Shown here: one piece after another, positions 8,016 to 17,825 of the stretch | How positions within the stretch are numbered: position 1 is the stretch's first letter | How the letters are laid out: each line of letters begins with the position of its first letter | Source of the DNA: Sandaracinaceae bacterium | GTDB lineage: Bacteria > Myxococcota_A > Polyangia > Polyangiales > Houyiibacteriaceae | NCBI GenBank assembly: GCA_020633055.1 | Contig: JACKEJ010000004.1 | Coordinates: 641,914 to 705,913 of the forward strand | Direction: 5' to 3' | DNA length: 64,000 bases | The notes under the pieces: generated by a model | The model's input: the letters and a program-made list of their open reading frames with translations, nothing else | Databases searched by the model: none | What the model was told of the DNA's origin: nothing | Translations under genes and position numbers: made by a program

Positions 8016-9875
8016 TTACTCGACCTCGTACGCGCCCATGTCGTTGGCGGCGCCCTGGGGACGAACGGCCCCCAGAATGTCGACCAGCACGGGCGGGGTG
8101 AGCGCCGTCGCGGTGTTGCTGGACGGGCCGCCGGGGAGCGGGCGCAGCTCGTCGTCGGCGGTGGCGAAGACGTCGTCCGCGCCGTCGGGGTCAGACGCTG
8201 CGTTCAGGAACCCAGGGTCGAGAGCCACGCAGCCGCCTTGGTTGTCCAGGGTTCCGGCTGCGGTCGGGAACGAGTAGTCCGTCGCCACGCCCGTCGAGCC
8301 GAGGTCCTGCACGATGGAGTGCGAGAGGGTCATGACGCCCGTGCCGCCCTGGAAGGGAGCCACCGCTGGGTTGCCGTTGACGAACAGCTGCGAGCCCACC
8401 CCGGTCCCCGGCGCAATGAACGGGGGGTTGGTCAGGAACTGATTTCCCCAGAAGACGTTGTTGCGCAGCGTGACGGTGATGTCCCCCGCGTCGCCCAACG
8501 GCCCGAAGTTCGGGATGGCGGTGACGACCGCGACCGCGCCGCCTTGCATGGCCACGTTTCCGAAGAACGTGCAGTGCGCGATCACGACGTCGTTGGTGTC
8601 GCTCCCCGCGAACAGGATCGCCCCACCCGCGCCGCCACCGCCCGGCGAACCGAAGAAGGGCGCGCCCGGCGGGAGCGCGAACATGGTGCTGTTGCCGACG
8701 AACACCGAGTTCAGGAAGCGCAGCGTGCCCAGCCCGCGCGCGAACACCGCGCCACCGCCACCGACCGTGCCCCCCACCGGGTCGCTGCGGTTGCTCCGCG
8801 TGCTGTTGGCGTGGAACACGCTGCGGTCGACCACGACGACATTGCTGGCCATGGAGTGGATCGCCAGCGCGCCCCCCGAGCCCGCGTTGGTGGTCGTAGC
8901 GTGTGTGATGGTGTTGCCCACGAAGGCGCAGTCACGGAGGACGACCGAGGCGTTGGTCACCAGCATGCCGGCACCGTCCGACAGCGCGTCGGTGATGTTC
9001 CCGTCGCGGATGGTGAAGCCATCGAGCGTCGCGTTGCCGATCCCGTTCGCGACCACGATGTGGTCCGTGTTGTCGGCCTCGCCCGCTGCGCCGATCTCTC
9101 CGCTGAGGACGGTCGGATGCGCTCGGGCGTCGCGCGCGTCCCGTTGCGCTTCTCCCCCCGCGAAGCCGCCGTACACGCTCACGCCATCCACGAGCACGAA
9201 CGACAGCGACTGGTCACCGGGGTTGGCCGCGTCGGGGGTGTAGGTCCCCTCGGCCACCCAGATCTCGTCCCCGGACTCGGCCGCGGCGAGCGCGTCCTGA
9301 AGGTCGACGAACGCGTCCTCCCAGCTCGTGCCGTTGTCGTTGCCCGTCGCGTCGGCGTCCACCAGCAGCACGTCGGGCAGCCAGCTGAACGAGAGCGCGT
9401 TGCTGACCCGACCATCGACCGTCACGGTCACGTCCACGGCCTCGGTCATGCTCGCGGGCACGACGACCACGAGGGAGCCCTCGGCGGCCTGCTCCACGAT
9501 GACGGCCACCGCGCCGAACAGCACGGTGTTGTTGTCGGCCACGGCGTCGAAGCCGCTGCCGGTGAGCGTGATGCGCGCTCCGGGCACCGCCGCGCTGGAT
9601 GACAGGGACGTGAGCACCGGGGCAGGGATGCCGCTGTCGGGGGGACCTGAGTCCTCCGAGCCCTGGTCGAGCGTGCCTTGGTCGGCACCTTGGTCGGTCG
9701 AGCCTCCGGCGTCCGCGCCCTGGTCGTCGAGCCCGAGGTCATCGAGGCCCTGGTCCCCCGTCGCAGCATCGCCGCCGGCGTCGCCTGTGCTCGGAGAGCC
9801 TCCGCCGCACCCGGATGCGAGCAGACAAAGGATGAGGGACCACGGCAAATGGACGGAAGACCGGCGCGCCATCAT
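8016..9875 (-). CDS. secreted lipoprotein with IPT/TIG-like domain and right-handed parallel beta-helix repeats
   Basis: Strong SD (AGGAG) 5 nt before ATGATG. Signal peptide and lipobox LLASGC. Gly/Asp-rich linker, then repeated NxxxxxNxA/GGA beta-helix turns (NNVFWGN, VFVGNST, CAFVGNT). Confidence 0.8.
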   Translation of the reverse strand: MMARRSSVHLPWSLILCLLASGCGGGSPSTGDAGGDAATGDQGLDDLGLDDQGADAGGSTDQGADQGTLDQGSEDSGPPDSGIPAPVLTSLSSSAAVPGARITLTGSGFDAVADNNTVLFGAVAVIVEQAAEGSLVVVVPASMTEAVDVTVTVDGRVSNALSFSWLPDVLLVDADATGNDNGTSWEDAFVDLQDALAAAESGDEIWVAEGTYTPDAANPGDQSLSFVLVDGVSVYGGFAGGEAQRDARDARAHPTVLSGEIGAAGEADNTDHIVVANGIGNATLDGFTIRDGNITDALSDGAGMLVTNASVVLRDCAFVGNTITHATTTNAGSGGALAIHSMASNVVVVDRSVFHANSTRSNRSDPVGGTVGGGGAVFARGLGTLRFLNSVFVGNSTMFALPPGAPFFGSPGGGGAGGAILFAGSDTNDVVIAHCTFFGNVAMQGGAVAVVTAIPNFGPLGDAGDITVTLRNNVFWGNQFLTNPPFIAPGTGVGSQLFVNGNPAVAPFQGGTGVMTLSHSIVQDLGSTGVATDYSFPTAAGTLDNQGGCVALDPGFLNAASDPDGADDVFATADDELRPLPGGPSSNTATALTPPVLVDILGAVRPQGAANDMGAYEVE

Positions 9876-10090
9876 GAGCTCCTGGCCCGTCCGGGGGGGA
9901 TGACGGACGGGCACGGAGAGTGTGCCACACCTCCCAGGTGACGCGAATATTCTTGTGTGAACGGCAGACATCCCCATGACAGCGCTGCACCTACGCTTCC
10001 TGCGCAGCGTGGGCGAGCTTTCCGCACGGCGCCGCGTGGGCTACACTGACCCTCATGTCGAGGGTCGAGGCGTCTGTCGTTGGTGTGACC

Positions 10091-11554
10091 ATGGATCGGG
10101 GCAAACTCGCCCAGCTGAGGTGCATCCTGCTCATGTGTTCGCTGGGCGTGAGCGCGTGCGACAGCGGTGGCTCCCCCACCAGCGACCTCGGCCTGGCGGA
10201 TGGCGACATGGCCGACGCAGGGCCGTGCGCCGACGGGAGCGCGCGTACGCTGATGCTCCGTGACGCCGACGAAGACGGCTTCGGCACGCTCGCAGGCGCG
10301 GACGCCCACGGCTGCCCAGCGGTCGGGTGGGTCCCCTACCCGGAGGACGGCCGGCTCGACTGCGACGACGGCGACGCGCGCGCCACCCCAGACGCGGAGG
10401 ACTACTGCGACTTCGACTCGGACGGGGCCATCGGCCTGGACGACTGCGACGACCACAACCATCGTCGTCACCCAGGCGCGGTCGAGCGCTGCAACGACGT
10501 GGACGACGACTGCGATGGGCTCGTCGACGACGAGGATCAGGATGGCCTGATGGACCCGGAGGACACCTGGGCCCGCGACGAAGACGACGACGGCTACGCG
10601 TCCGAGGTGTTCCTCGCGTGCGAGGACCCAGGCGATGGGTTCGTCTTGTGGGGCGAGCGCACGAAGGAGCTCGACTGCGCACCCCTCGACCCCGACGTCC
10701 ACCCGCACCGCATGGACGACTGCGCCGCTCGGGCCGACGCCAACTGCGACGGCGTGTTCGAGCCCGTATACGTGGAGGAGCCGTGGTTCCCACAGGTCCC
10801 CTACTCGTCCGCGGGCTTCACCGCAGCGGGCGAAGACGACCCGCCGACGCTGATTGCCATCCCCGGCAACGACCCCATCACCATCGACCTGTGCCCTGGG
10901 ACGTACCGCGTCATGCTCGACCTCGGCACGAGCTTCGCCTGGCGCACCGACTTCACGGTGCGGGGTCATGGCGCCTCCCCCGAGGAAGTCGTCCTGGACG
11001 CCGCTCACGCGGGCCGCACCGTCGTCGTTCCTCCGTGGGCCAACCTCGACCAGATTGGGCGCGCCTCCGTCGCGCGCTTCGAGAACCTCACGCTCACGGG
11101 CGGGCGTGCACCCGACGGCGAGCGCGGCGGGTGCATCCTGCAGGGCGGCAACGACGACCCTCACAGCTCCGGCGCGCTCACCTTGGACCGCGTGCTCCTG
11201 CGCGACTGCCGCGCGGACGTCGGCGGCGCCGTGGCGGTGGAGCGGAACAACATGCTGACCATGACCGACGTCGTCATCACGGACGCGCACGCGACCCAGC
11301 GCGGCGGCGGCGTGGACTTCGAGGGCCTGTCGCTCACGATGAGCGGCGGGTCGTTCAGCGACGTGAGCGCCCCGGGGGGTCAGGGCGCCGCGCTCGCCGC
11401 GAGGCTCCCCGTGGAACAGAGCCTGTCGCTGCAGTCCGTCGACCTCGGCGCGGTAACAAACGACTTCGCGCTGCGCACCGAAGCGGAGACGGTCGTGCGG
11501 GACCTCGCCGACGGCGCGAGCCTGACGTGCACGCCCACCGCCTGCACTCCCTGA
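10091..11554 (+). CDS. secreted lipoprotein with MopE-type Cys/Asp-rich putative metal-binding repeats and a beta-helix region
   Basis: Lipobox LGVSAC. Repeats such as DCDDHNHRRHPGAVERCNDVDDDCDGLVDDED match the myxobacterial 'putative metal-binding motif'. C-terminal half carries beta-helix-like repeats. Confidence 0.8.
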   Translation: MDRGKLAQLRCILLMCSLGVSACDSGGSPTSDLGLADGDMADAGPCADGSARTLMLRDADEDGFGTLAGADAHGCPAVGWVPYPEDGRLDCDDGDARATPDAEDYCDFDSDGAIGLDDCDDHNHRRHPGAVERCNDVDDDCDGLVDDEDQDGLMDPEDTWARDEDDDGYASEVFLACEDPGDGFVLWGERTKELDCAPLDPDVHPHRMDDCAARADANCDGVFEPVYVEEPWFPQVPYSSAGFTAAGEDDPPTLIAIPGNDPITIDLCPGTYRVMLDLGTSFAWRTDFTVRGHGASPEEVVLDAAHAGRTVVVPPWANLDQIGRASVARFENLTLTGGRAPDGERGGCILQGGNDDPHSSGALTLDRVLLRDCRADVGGAVAVERNNMLTMTDVVITDAHATQRGGGVDFEGLSLTMSGGSFSDVSAPGGQGAALAARLPVEQSLSLQSVDLGAVTNDFALRTEAETVVRDLADGASLTCTPTACTP

Positions 11555-11623
11555 TCCGCCGCGAGCCCGGGGCGTCCCTGCGCACGAGACGATGCGCCAA
11601 GGACACCAACGACCGCAGCCGAG

Positions 11624-13477
11624 TCAGAACACGATCACACCGCTCGCCACGAAGCCGGTGGACAGCCCTGCACACTGCCCGCCGACGACGACGTCATAGA
11701 GGTTCGCGAGGATCGGCCCGATGTCGTCGAACGCGATGTCACCGCCCAGCAGTGGCAGCAGCGTCATGAAGGTGGCCTCGAAGTCCATGCGTGCGACGTA
11801 GCCGCCGATGACCGCGTCCAGCAGGGATTCGCCGATCGTGCCGCTGATGATTACGCCGCTGACTTCGATGGGAATGTTCACCGTGCTGGTACCGGTGTCG
11901 TACGGGATGGCCAACGACAGGGCTGGAGTCTGGCCAAGGAAGTGGCCGGCGCCGTCAAGAGACACACCGAACGGGCCAGCGAGGGTGGTGGCCGATGGGC
12001 CCGTCCCGTCGAGCACCTCGACGATCGCGCACCCGGTACCCCTCCTGACACGCACGATGAGGTCCAAGCGCCCGCATGTGGGAGACCCCGCTGGACACTC
12101 CAACGCGTTGTCGATCGCAGCCTGGAGGTCGATGGGGTTGTCCGGCGAGAGCGCTGGGAGCGCGGCGTTCAGTTCGATCAGCGAGTTGTCGATGCCCCCC
12201 GCATAGTCCGGGATGCCGCAGGTGTCCCCGACTCCGTCCACGTTCTGCCCGATCACCATCCCTTGGCTGACCTGCTCAGGGGTCGGGATGCGAAACGCGT
12301 TGATGCGGTAGTCGACCGGGCCGCCCGCGTCCGCACATGTGATCATGCTGGGGTCGATGCACACGCCTTCGACGCAGGAGCCGGTGTTGCACACGCCCGC
12401 ACAACAGCCCTCCCCGATGGCCCCGCACGGCGCCGCGCAAGTGGGTCCGTCCGCCGTCCCCTCGCACGTGCCGCCGTTGCTGCAGGTCCCTACGCTGCCA
12501 CAGGTGTCCGTGTCGACACAGAAGGTCCCGCAGCAGGGCGCGCCAGCGGACTCGCCGCAGTCCACGCACTCCCCCCGGAAGCAACTCTGCCCCTGTTCGC
12601 AGGCGTTGCCGCACGCACCGCAGTTGGCCTCCGAGTTCAGCAGCACCAACGGACTGGACGCCACGGTGGCGTCGGAGTCGATGATGCCGTTGCAGTCGTC
12701 GTCCCTGCCGTTCCCACAGATCTCGGGCGCACCCGCGCCGACGTCGTCGTCCGCGTCGTTGCAGTCCGTCCCGCCGCACACCAGGGGGATCTCGCCGTCC
12801 CCGTCGTTGTCGAGGAGGGAGAAGGTGCACGTCGCGGTGACCGCGTCGCACACCTCGTCACGGGTGCATGGATCGTCGTCGACGCAGTCGGACGGCCGCC
12901 CGCACACGCGCCCCGTGAGGCAACCCGCCGTGGGATGGCAGACGGCGTTGTCCTCGCAGAGCGCGGAGCTGACGCTGTGCAGACAGGTACCCGACGCGGT
13001 GCACGTGTCGACGGTGCATGCGACACCGTCGTCGCACTGGGCCGCGCTGCTGCACATCTGATGGGTGCACGTCACGCCGTTGCCCGCGAAGCCGGTCACA
13101 CATGCGCACGTGAACGCGCCCGGGGTGTCGGTGCAGATCGCGTGGGGAGAGCAGTTGTCGGTCTCGAGCGCGCACTCGTCGGTCACTGACTCGGAGGTAC
13201 ACACACGTCCATCACCCTGGTACCCCGGGGGACAGGCCGCACACAGAACGGTTCCGTCGCTCGCCTGCCCACACAGCACCAAGGGCGTGATCGAGCACCC
13301 GCCGTTGTCGACGGCGCACGAGGTCGGGAGAGACTGATCCAGACCGGGACCCGTGTCACCTGCGCCGCCGTCGGGGTTTGGTTGCCCACCGCCGCACCCG
13401 GCGATCGCTGGTGAGACGAGAACCCACGCGACCAGAGCGAACGCACGCAGCACAGACAACCGAGCATCAGATTCCAT
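11624..13477 (-). CDS. secreted Cys-rich lipoprotein (EGF-like and MopE-type repeats) ending in a conserved Phe-terminal motif
   Basis: SD GAGAGG upstream. Signal peptide with lipobox IAGC. More than 80 Cys in EGF-like/MopE-like repeats (CGGTDCNDADDDVGAGAPEICGNGRDDDCNG). Ends ...GGQCAGLSTGFVASGVIVF. Confidence 0.8.
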   Translation of the reverse strand: MESDARLSVLRAFALVAWVLVSPAIAGCGGGQPNPDGGAGDTGPGLDQSLPTSCAVDNGGCSITPLVLCGQASDGTVLCAACPPGYQGDGRVCTSESVTDECALETDNCSPHAICTDTPGAFTCACVTGFAGNGVTCTHQMCSSAAQCDDGVACTVDTCTASGTCLHSVSSALCEDNAVCHPTAGCLTGRVCGRPSDCVDDDPCTRDEVCDAVTATCTFSLLDNDGDGEIPLVCGGTDCNDADDDVGAGAPEICGNGRDDDCNGIIDSDATVASSPLVLLNSEANCGACGNACEQGQSCFRGECVDCGESAGAPCCGTFCVDTDTCGSVGTCSNGGTCEGTADGPTCAAPCGAIGEGCCAGVCNTGSCVEGVCIDPSMITCADAGGPVDYRINAFRIPTPEQVSQGMVIGQNVDGVGDTCGIPDYAGGIDNSLIELNAALPALSPDNPIDLQAAIDNALECPAGSPTCGRLDLIVRVRRGTGCAIVEVLDGTGPSATTLAGPFGVSLDGAGHFLGQTPALSLAIPYDTGTSTVNIPIEVSGVIISGTIGESLLDAVIGGYVARMDFEATFMTLLPLLGGDIAFDDIGPILANLYDVVVGGQCAGLSTGFVASGVIVF

Positions 13478-13680
13478 GAGCACCTCTCCTTCACCCAGGG
13501 AACGCACGTCCTTCCCCTCGGAGGCGCAGCTATGTCCGCTCCCATACAAGGCGACAAGTCGTCGGGACCCGGACGTATGGGCCGACGCCCGACGCACCCG
13601 GATCCGCCGTGTGCCTCGGGGCCGCATGTCGACGTCCCTGCGCATGGGTTGCCACGGCAGGGACGACGACGACCGCAGAC

Positions 13681-13767
13681 TCAGAACACGACCAAGCCGT
13701 CCGCGAGGAAGCCGACGGAGACCCCGTCACACTGCCCGCCGAGGCGGACGTCGTAGAGATTGGCCAT
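13681..13767 (-). pseudogene. relic copy of the 3' end (last ~25 codons plus 3' flank) of a paralogue of gene 11624..13477
   Basis: 13668..13767 aligns at ~80% nucleotide identity to 11609..11720, including the stop codon and about 10 nt of 3' flank. Encodes MANLYDVRLGGQCDGVSVGFLADGLVVF versus LANLYDVVVGGQCAGLSTGFVASGVIVF. Confidence 0.55.
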
Positions 13768-14356
13768 TCCTGCCCGGTTTGGCGCGCGTGCTACCGTGCG
13801 CCTCGTGACGTTCCCGAACCGACGTGCTTTCTCCACAGCCGCCTGGCTGCTCGTCCTCGCCGCCTGCGGCGGAGCCTCGTCAGCCACCTCGGGGGGTGGC
13901 GCCACGACGACACAGGCAGGCCCTCCTCTCGGCAGCGTGCGCGAGGTGAGCTGGGCCACGCGCACCTATCCCGGCTTGGACCTCGCCGCAGACGACGAGC
14001 TGGGCGAGCCCCTGTTCGCCGACATCACGGGCGACGGGCGTGAGGAGGCGGCGCTCGAAGGGATGGCCATCATCCCCGACGGGAACTCGTACGTGACCTA
14101 CGTGTACCTCTTCACGCTCGCCGAGGGTGCGTCCGGGCCGGACCTGCTGGCCACCGTGGTGGGCGGTGATCGCGCGGACGGCAGCATCCGGCTCACGGGC
14201 CTGGACGCGGCGGGCCTGCACCTGGCGCGCGCCATCCTCGGGCCCGACGACGCCATGTGCTGCCCCAGCAGCGAGCAGCACGAGGTGTGGACGTGGAACG
14301 GCAACGAGCTCGTGGAGGAGGAGAGCGCGCGACGCACCGAGCCGACGGAGCCGTAG
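13760..14356 (+). CDS. lipoprotein, function unknown
   Basis: Signal peptide with lipobox LVLAACGG. 198 aa with no recognised domain. Listed start is TTG; a downstream GTG is also possible. Confidence 0.65.
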   Translation: MAIPARFGARATVRLVTFPNRRAFSTAAWLLVLAACGGASSATSGGGATTTQAGPPLGSVREVSWATRTYPGLDLAADDELGEPLFADITGDGREEAALEGMAIIPDGNSYVTYVYLFTLAEGASGPDLLATVVGGDRADGSIRLTGLDAAGLHLARAILGPDDAMCCPSSEQHEVWTWNGNELVEEESARRTEPTEP

Positions 14357-14473
14357 CCCCGACCCGCCAAGCGCAGGACGTTCGCGAGGCCGTGGCACGA
14401 ACGTCTGCCAGCCCGCGTGAGCAGATGCGCTCCCGTGGGAATGACGTCGCGCACGGTCACGGTTGGTGTGCGG

Positions 14474-15388
14474 ATGGAACCTGCCCGTGGGACCAATCGC
14501 ACGCGCACCCGCACGAACGTCGCCCGCGTGGTGCTCGCGCTGGGATTGGGCTGGGCGCTGTCCGGTGTGGTGGCCGCGCAGCTCTTCGTGCGACGCGCGC
14601 GCTCGCCCTACGCAGAGCCTGCCCCCGATGGCTTCACGGACCTGCGGCTGCGCACGTCCGACGGCGTGGAGCTGGGCGCCTGGTACGCGGCTGCGAGCAA
14701 CCCCCGCGCGTCGGCCGTACTCGTGCACGGGAACGGCTCGTGCCGCACGCAACTGGAGGGAGACGCGAGGCAGCTGCTGGCGCTGGGCGTGAACGTGCTC
14801 GCGATCACGCTGCGGGCCCACGGAGACTCGGAGGGCGAGCGCAACAACCTGGGGCTGGACGCACGCCGCGACGTCATCGCCGCCGTCGCGCACCTCCGCG
14901 CCCGCGAGCCCGGTGTGCCCGTGGTGGTCTACGGCAAGTCCCTCGGCGCAGCCGCCGCCGTGTTCGCGGGAGCGGAGCTGCAGCGACGTGTGGCGGGGTA
15001 CGTGCTGGTGGCGCCGTTTGCCACGCTGCGCTTGGCGGTGGCGCGCCGGACCGAGCGCTACCTGCCACCTGGTGTCGACCAGCTCGCGTACACGGCCTTG
15101 CTGTTCGGTGCCCAGTTCGCGCTGCCCGAGCTGGATCATGTCGCACCGGCGCAGGCGGCCACGCGGCTGCCTCCGGAGATGCCCGTGCTCCTGTTCGCAG
15201 GCGCCGAGGACGACCGCGCGCCGGCCAGCGACGCCCACCTCATCGCGGCACCTCTCTCGAACGCGCACGTGGTGGTCGTGCCGGGCGCGGGCCATGACGG
15301 CCTCGCGCTAAGCGAACCCACGGCCAGCATGAACGCGCACCTGCGTGCGTTCCTGAACCGTGTCGCGCCCATACGTTCACCGCCGTAG
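14474..15388 (+). CDS. alpha/beta hydrolase fold protein
   Basis: N-terminal TM/signal segment, nucleophile elbow GKSLG (GxSxG), and His near the C-terminus (PGAGHDG). Confidence 0.8.
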
Positions 15389-15398
15389 TCGCGCCCCG

Positions 15399-15800
15399 TC
15401 AGGCGCCCGCGGTCGTCGTGATCGGCGTGCCCGCGAGCAGCGTCTTGGTGACCGGCGTCTTGCCAGCCACCTCGAGCAGCCGCGCCCACTGCTCGTCGGT
15501 GAGCACCTCGCTCACGTGCAGGACGCGCTCGATCCGGCTCTCGCCTTCGTGGTTCTTCAGAAAGGTGAGGTCCACGCGCAGCTGCCCCAGCGCCCAGCCC
15601 TTGCGCTGTGCGTACATCTCGAGCGTGATGGCGGTGCACGCGCCGAGCGACGCGAGCAGCAGGTCGTAGGGCGCTGGCCCCGCGTCCTTGCCGCCCGCGT
15701 GCTCGGGCTCGTCGGCGACGAGCTGGTGGTTGCCGGTGCGGATGTCTTGCCGGTAGGGGACGCCCTGGGACGTCACGCCGGCGGTGGCGATGGCTTTCAT
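15399..15800 (-). CDS. OsmC/Ohr family peroxiredoxin-like protein
   Basis: 133 aa (MKAIATAGVTSQGVPYRQ...PYDLLLASLGACTAITLEMYAQRKGW...) match the OsmC fold with paired Cys (ACT... and a C-terminal one). Start overlaps the pirin stop by 4 bp. Confidence 0.85.
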   Translation of the reverse strand: MKAIATAGVTSQGVPYRQDIRTGNHQLVADEPEHAGGKDAGPAPYDLLLASLGACTAITLEMYAQRKGWALGQLRVDLTFLKNHEGESRIERVLHVSEVLTDEQWARLLEVAGKTPVTKTLLAGTPITTTAGA

Positions 15801-16684
15801 GCGTGTGTTGCTCCGGCGCGCGCGACGTGACCAAAGCGGCCGCTGTTGAAGTCCGTGATGGCCTGGTCGATCTCGGCGTGCGTGTTCATGACGAAGGGAC
15901 CGTAGCCCGCGATGGGCTCGCGCAGCGGCTCGCCGCTCAGCACCAAGACAGTCGCATCGTTGTTGGCTTCGATCGAGAAGTCCGTGCCGGCCTGCTCGAA
16001 CACGGCCAGCTGCGCGCTGCGCAGCACCTCTCTGTCGTTGAGCTGCACCGTGCCGCGCAACACCACCACCGCGAGCGAGTGCCCGTCTGGGACGCGCAGC
16101 TCGGCGCGCCCGCCCGGCGTGAGCCGCAGGTCCCACACGTTCACGGGAGAGTGCGTGTCCGCCGGCCCGGCATGCCCCAGGAGCTCACCTGCGATGACGC
16201 GCGCCCGCCCCGCGCCGTTCGGCAGCGAGACGACGGGAATCTGCGCGGCGGTGATGGCCTGGTAGCGTGGGGGCGTGAGCTTGTGCGCGGCGGGCAGGTT
16301 GACCCACAGCTGCACCATCTCGAGCGCCCCACCGCGCTCCGTGAACGCGGCCGAGTGGAACTCGTCGTGCACGAGCCCAGCGCCCGCCGTCATCCACTGC
16401 ACGTCGCCAGGGCCGATGACGCCCCCGCCGCCCGCGGAGTCACGGTGCTCGACCTCGCCCTCGTAGACGATGGTCACCGTCTCGAAGCCGCGGTGCGGGT
16501 GCTCACCCACGCCGCGTCGCCGAGGCGGGTTGGCCGAGAACTGCGCCGGACCCGCGTAGTCCAGCAGCAGGAACGGGCTGAGCGCCTGACCGAGCGTGTT
16601 GTAGCTGAAGAGGGAGCGCGCCGGAAAGCCGTCGCCCACCCAGTGCGGAGCGGGGGCCGCGTAGACCTTGTGGATGTTCTTCAT
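15797..16684 (-). CDS. pirin family protein (cupin; quercetin 2,3-dioxygenase-like)
   Basis: 295 aa with the pirin N-terminal cupin motif (HPHRGFETVTIVYEGEVEHRDSAGGGGVIGPGDVQWMTAGAGLVHDE). The longer listed ORF upstream of Met MKNIHKV is antisense to the LysR gene and was rejected. Confidence 0.85.
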   Translation of the reverse strand: MKNIHKVYAAPAPHWVGDGFPARSLFSYNTLGQALSPFLLLDYAGPAQFSANPPRRRGVGEHPHRGFETVTIVYEGEVEHRDSAGGGGVIGPGDVQWMTAGAGLVHDEFHSAAFTERGGALEMVQLWVNLPAAHKLTPPRYQAITAAQIPVVSLPNGAGRARVIAGELLGHAGPADTHSPVNVWDLRLTPGGRAELRVPDGHSLAVVVLRGTVQLNDREVLRSAQLAVFEQAGTDFSIEANNDATVLVLSGEPLREPIAGYGPFVMNTHAEIDQAITDFNSGRFGHVARAGATHA

Positions 16685-16828
16685 GGTGACGAAAAGATTA
16701 TCCATGGAACAATCAGGCGAAAGTGTTGCCATTCGCCACGCAGCGTTCCGAGTATGGAACGATCTCCCGGATGAGAGGACACCCACTCGTCCCTTGTCGG
16801 ATCCCGCGCCGTCCCCGAGAGGACACCC

Positions 16829-17764
16829 ATGCAAGACCTCAACGACCTCTACTTCTTCGCGCAGGTGGTGGACCACGGCGGCTTCGCGCCCGCGGGGCGC
16901 GCACTGGGTGTCCCCAAGTCGACGCTCAGCCGGCGTGTCGCAGCGCTCGAGGAGCGGCTCGGGGTGCGCCTGCTGCAACGCACTTCCCGCCGCTTCTCGG
17001 TCACCGAGCTGGGAGCGGACTACTACGAGCACTGCAAGGCGCTCGGCGTCGAGGCCGAGGCCGCCCAAGCCGCGATCGACCGCGCCACGTCGGAGCCCAC
17101 GGGCATCGTGCGCGTCAGCTGCCCGATCACGCTGTTGCAAGCGGGCGTGGACCGCATGCTGGCCGAGTTCATGCTGCAGAACCCCAAGGTCACGCTGCAG
17201 CTCGAGGCCAGCAACCGCCGCGTGGACGTGATCGCGGAGCGAGTGGACGTGGCCATCCGCGCGCTCACCCCACCCTTTCCGGACAGCGAGCTGCGACTGC
17301 GGGTGTTGGCCGAGCGCGCGTGGCGGCTGGTCGCGAGCCCAGGCTTGCTGGCGGCACACGGGACGCCGACCCATCCCTCGGAGCTCGCCCGCTTCCCGAG
17401 CCTGGCGTTCGGCGTACCGCAGGACGAGCCCCGTTGGGAACTGCAGGACGCGGCCGGGACACGCTGGACCCAAGCGCACACCCCTCGACTCCTGACCGGC
17501 GACATGGTCGCGCTCAGGGCCGCGGCCCTCGCGGGGGTGGGCATCGTACAGCTGCCGAGCATGATCCTCTGCGACGAGCTGCTCGCGGGGGCGCTGGTGT
17601 CGCTCTTGCCCGACTGGCGCGCGCCGTCTGGAGTCGTGCACCTCGTGTTCCCGTCGCGGCGCGGGCTGCTGCCCTCCGTGCGCGCGTTGATCGACTTCCT
17701 GACCGACGCCTTCGCGCAGCTGGACGAGCACGGGACTTTCATGAGGTCCCGGGGCGCCCCATGA
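16829..17764 (+). CDS. LysR family transcriptional regulator
   Basis: N-terminal HTH (LNDLYFFAQVVDHGGFAPAGRALGVPKSTLSRRVAALEERLGVRLLQRTSRRFSVTE) and a LysR substrate-binding domain. Divergent from pirin-OsmC. Confidence 0.9.
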   Translation: MQDLNDLYFFAQVVDHGGFAPAGRALGVPKSTLSRRVAALEERLGVRLLQRTSRRFSVTELGADYYEHCKALGVEAEAAQAAIDRATSEPTGIVRVSCPITLLQAGVDRMLAEFMLQNPKVTLQLEASNRRVDVIAERVDVAIRALTPPFPDSELRLRVLAERAWRLVASPGLLAAHGTPTHPSELARFPSLAFGVPQDEPRWELQDAAGTRWTQAHTPRLLTGDMVALRAAALAGVGIVQLPSMILCDELLAGALVSLLPDWRAPSGVVHLVFPSRRGLLPSVRALIDFLTDAFAQLDEHGTFMRSRGAP

Positions 17765-17825
17765 AGCTGTCCAGCGCGTCGCTGAAGGGGTTGGTGGATG
17801 GCTGAAGCCAGGCTTGGAGCGTTGG

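Noticed and set aside
11624-11710. C-terminal motif considered as MYXO-CTERM / PEP-CTERM sorting signal
   Set aside because: It lacks the Cys-then-TM-helix-then-basic-tail arrangement of those signals. It is a short amphipathic strand ending in Phe, so I describe it only as an unassigned conserved C-terminal motif.
3248-15297. Numerous other 80-470-aa ORFs in alternative frames (e.g. 3248..4105, 4174..5565, 5582..6718, 6796..7905, 7293..9602, 9872..11290, 11942..13189, 13880..15295)
   Set aside because: Each overlaps a better-supported gene on the same or opposite strand and shows Arg/Ala/Gly/Pro-dominated composition characteristic of non-coding frames in ~70% GC DNA.
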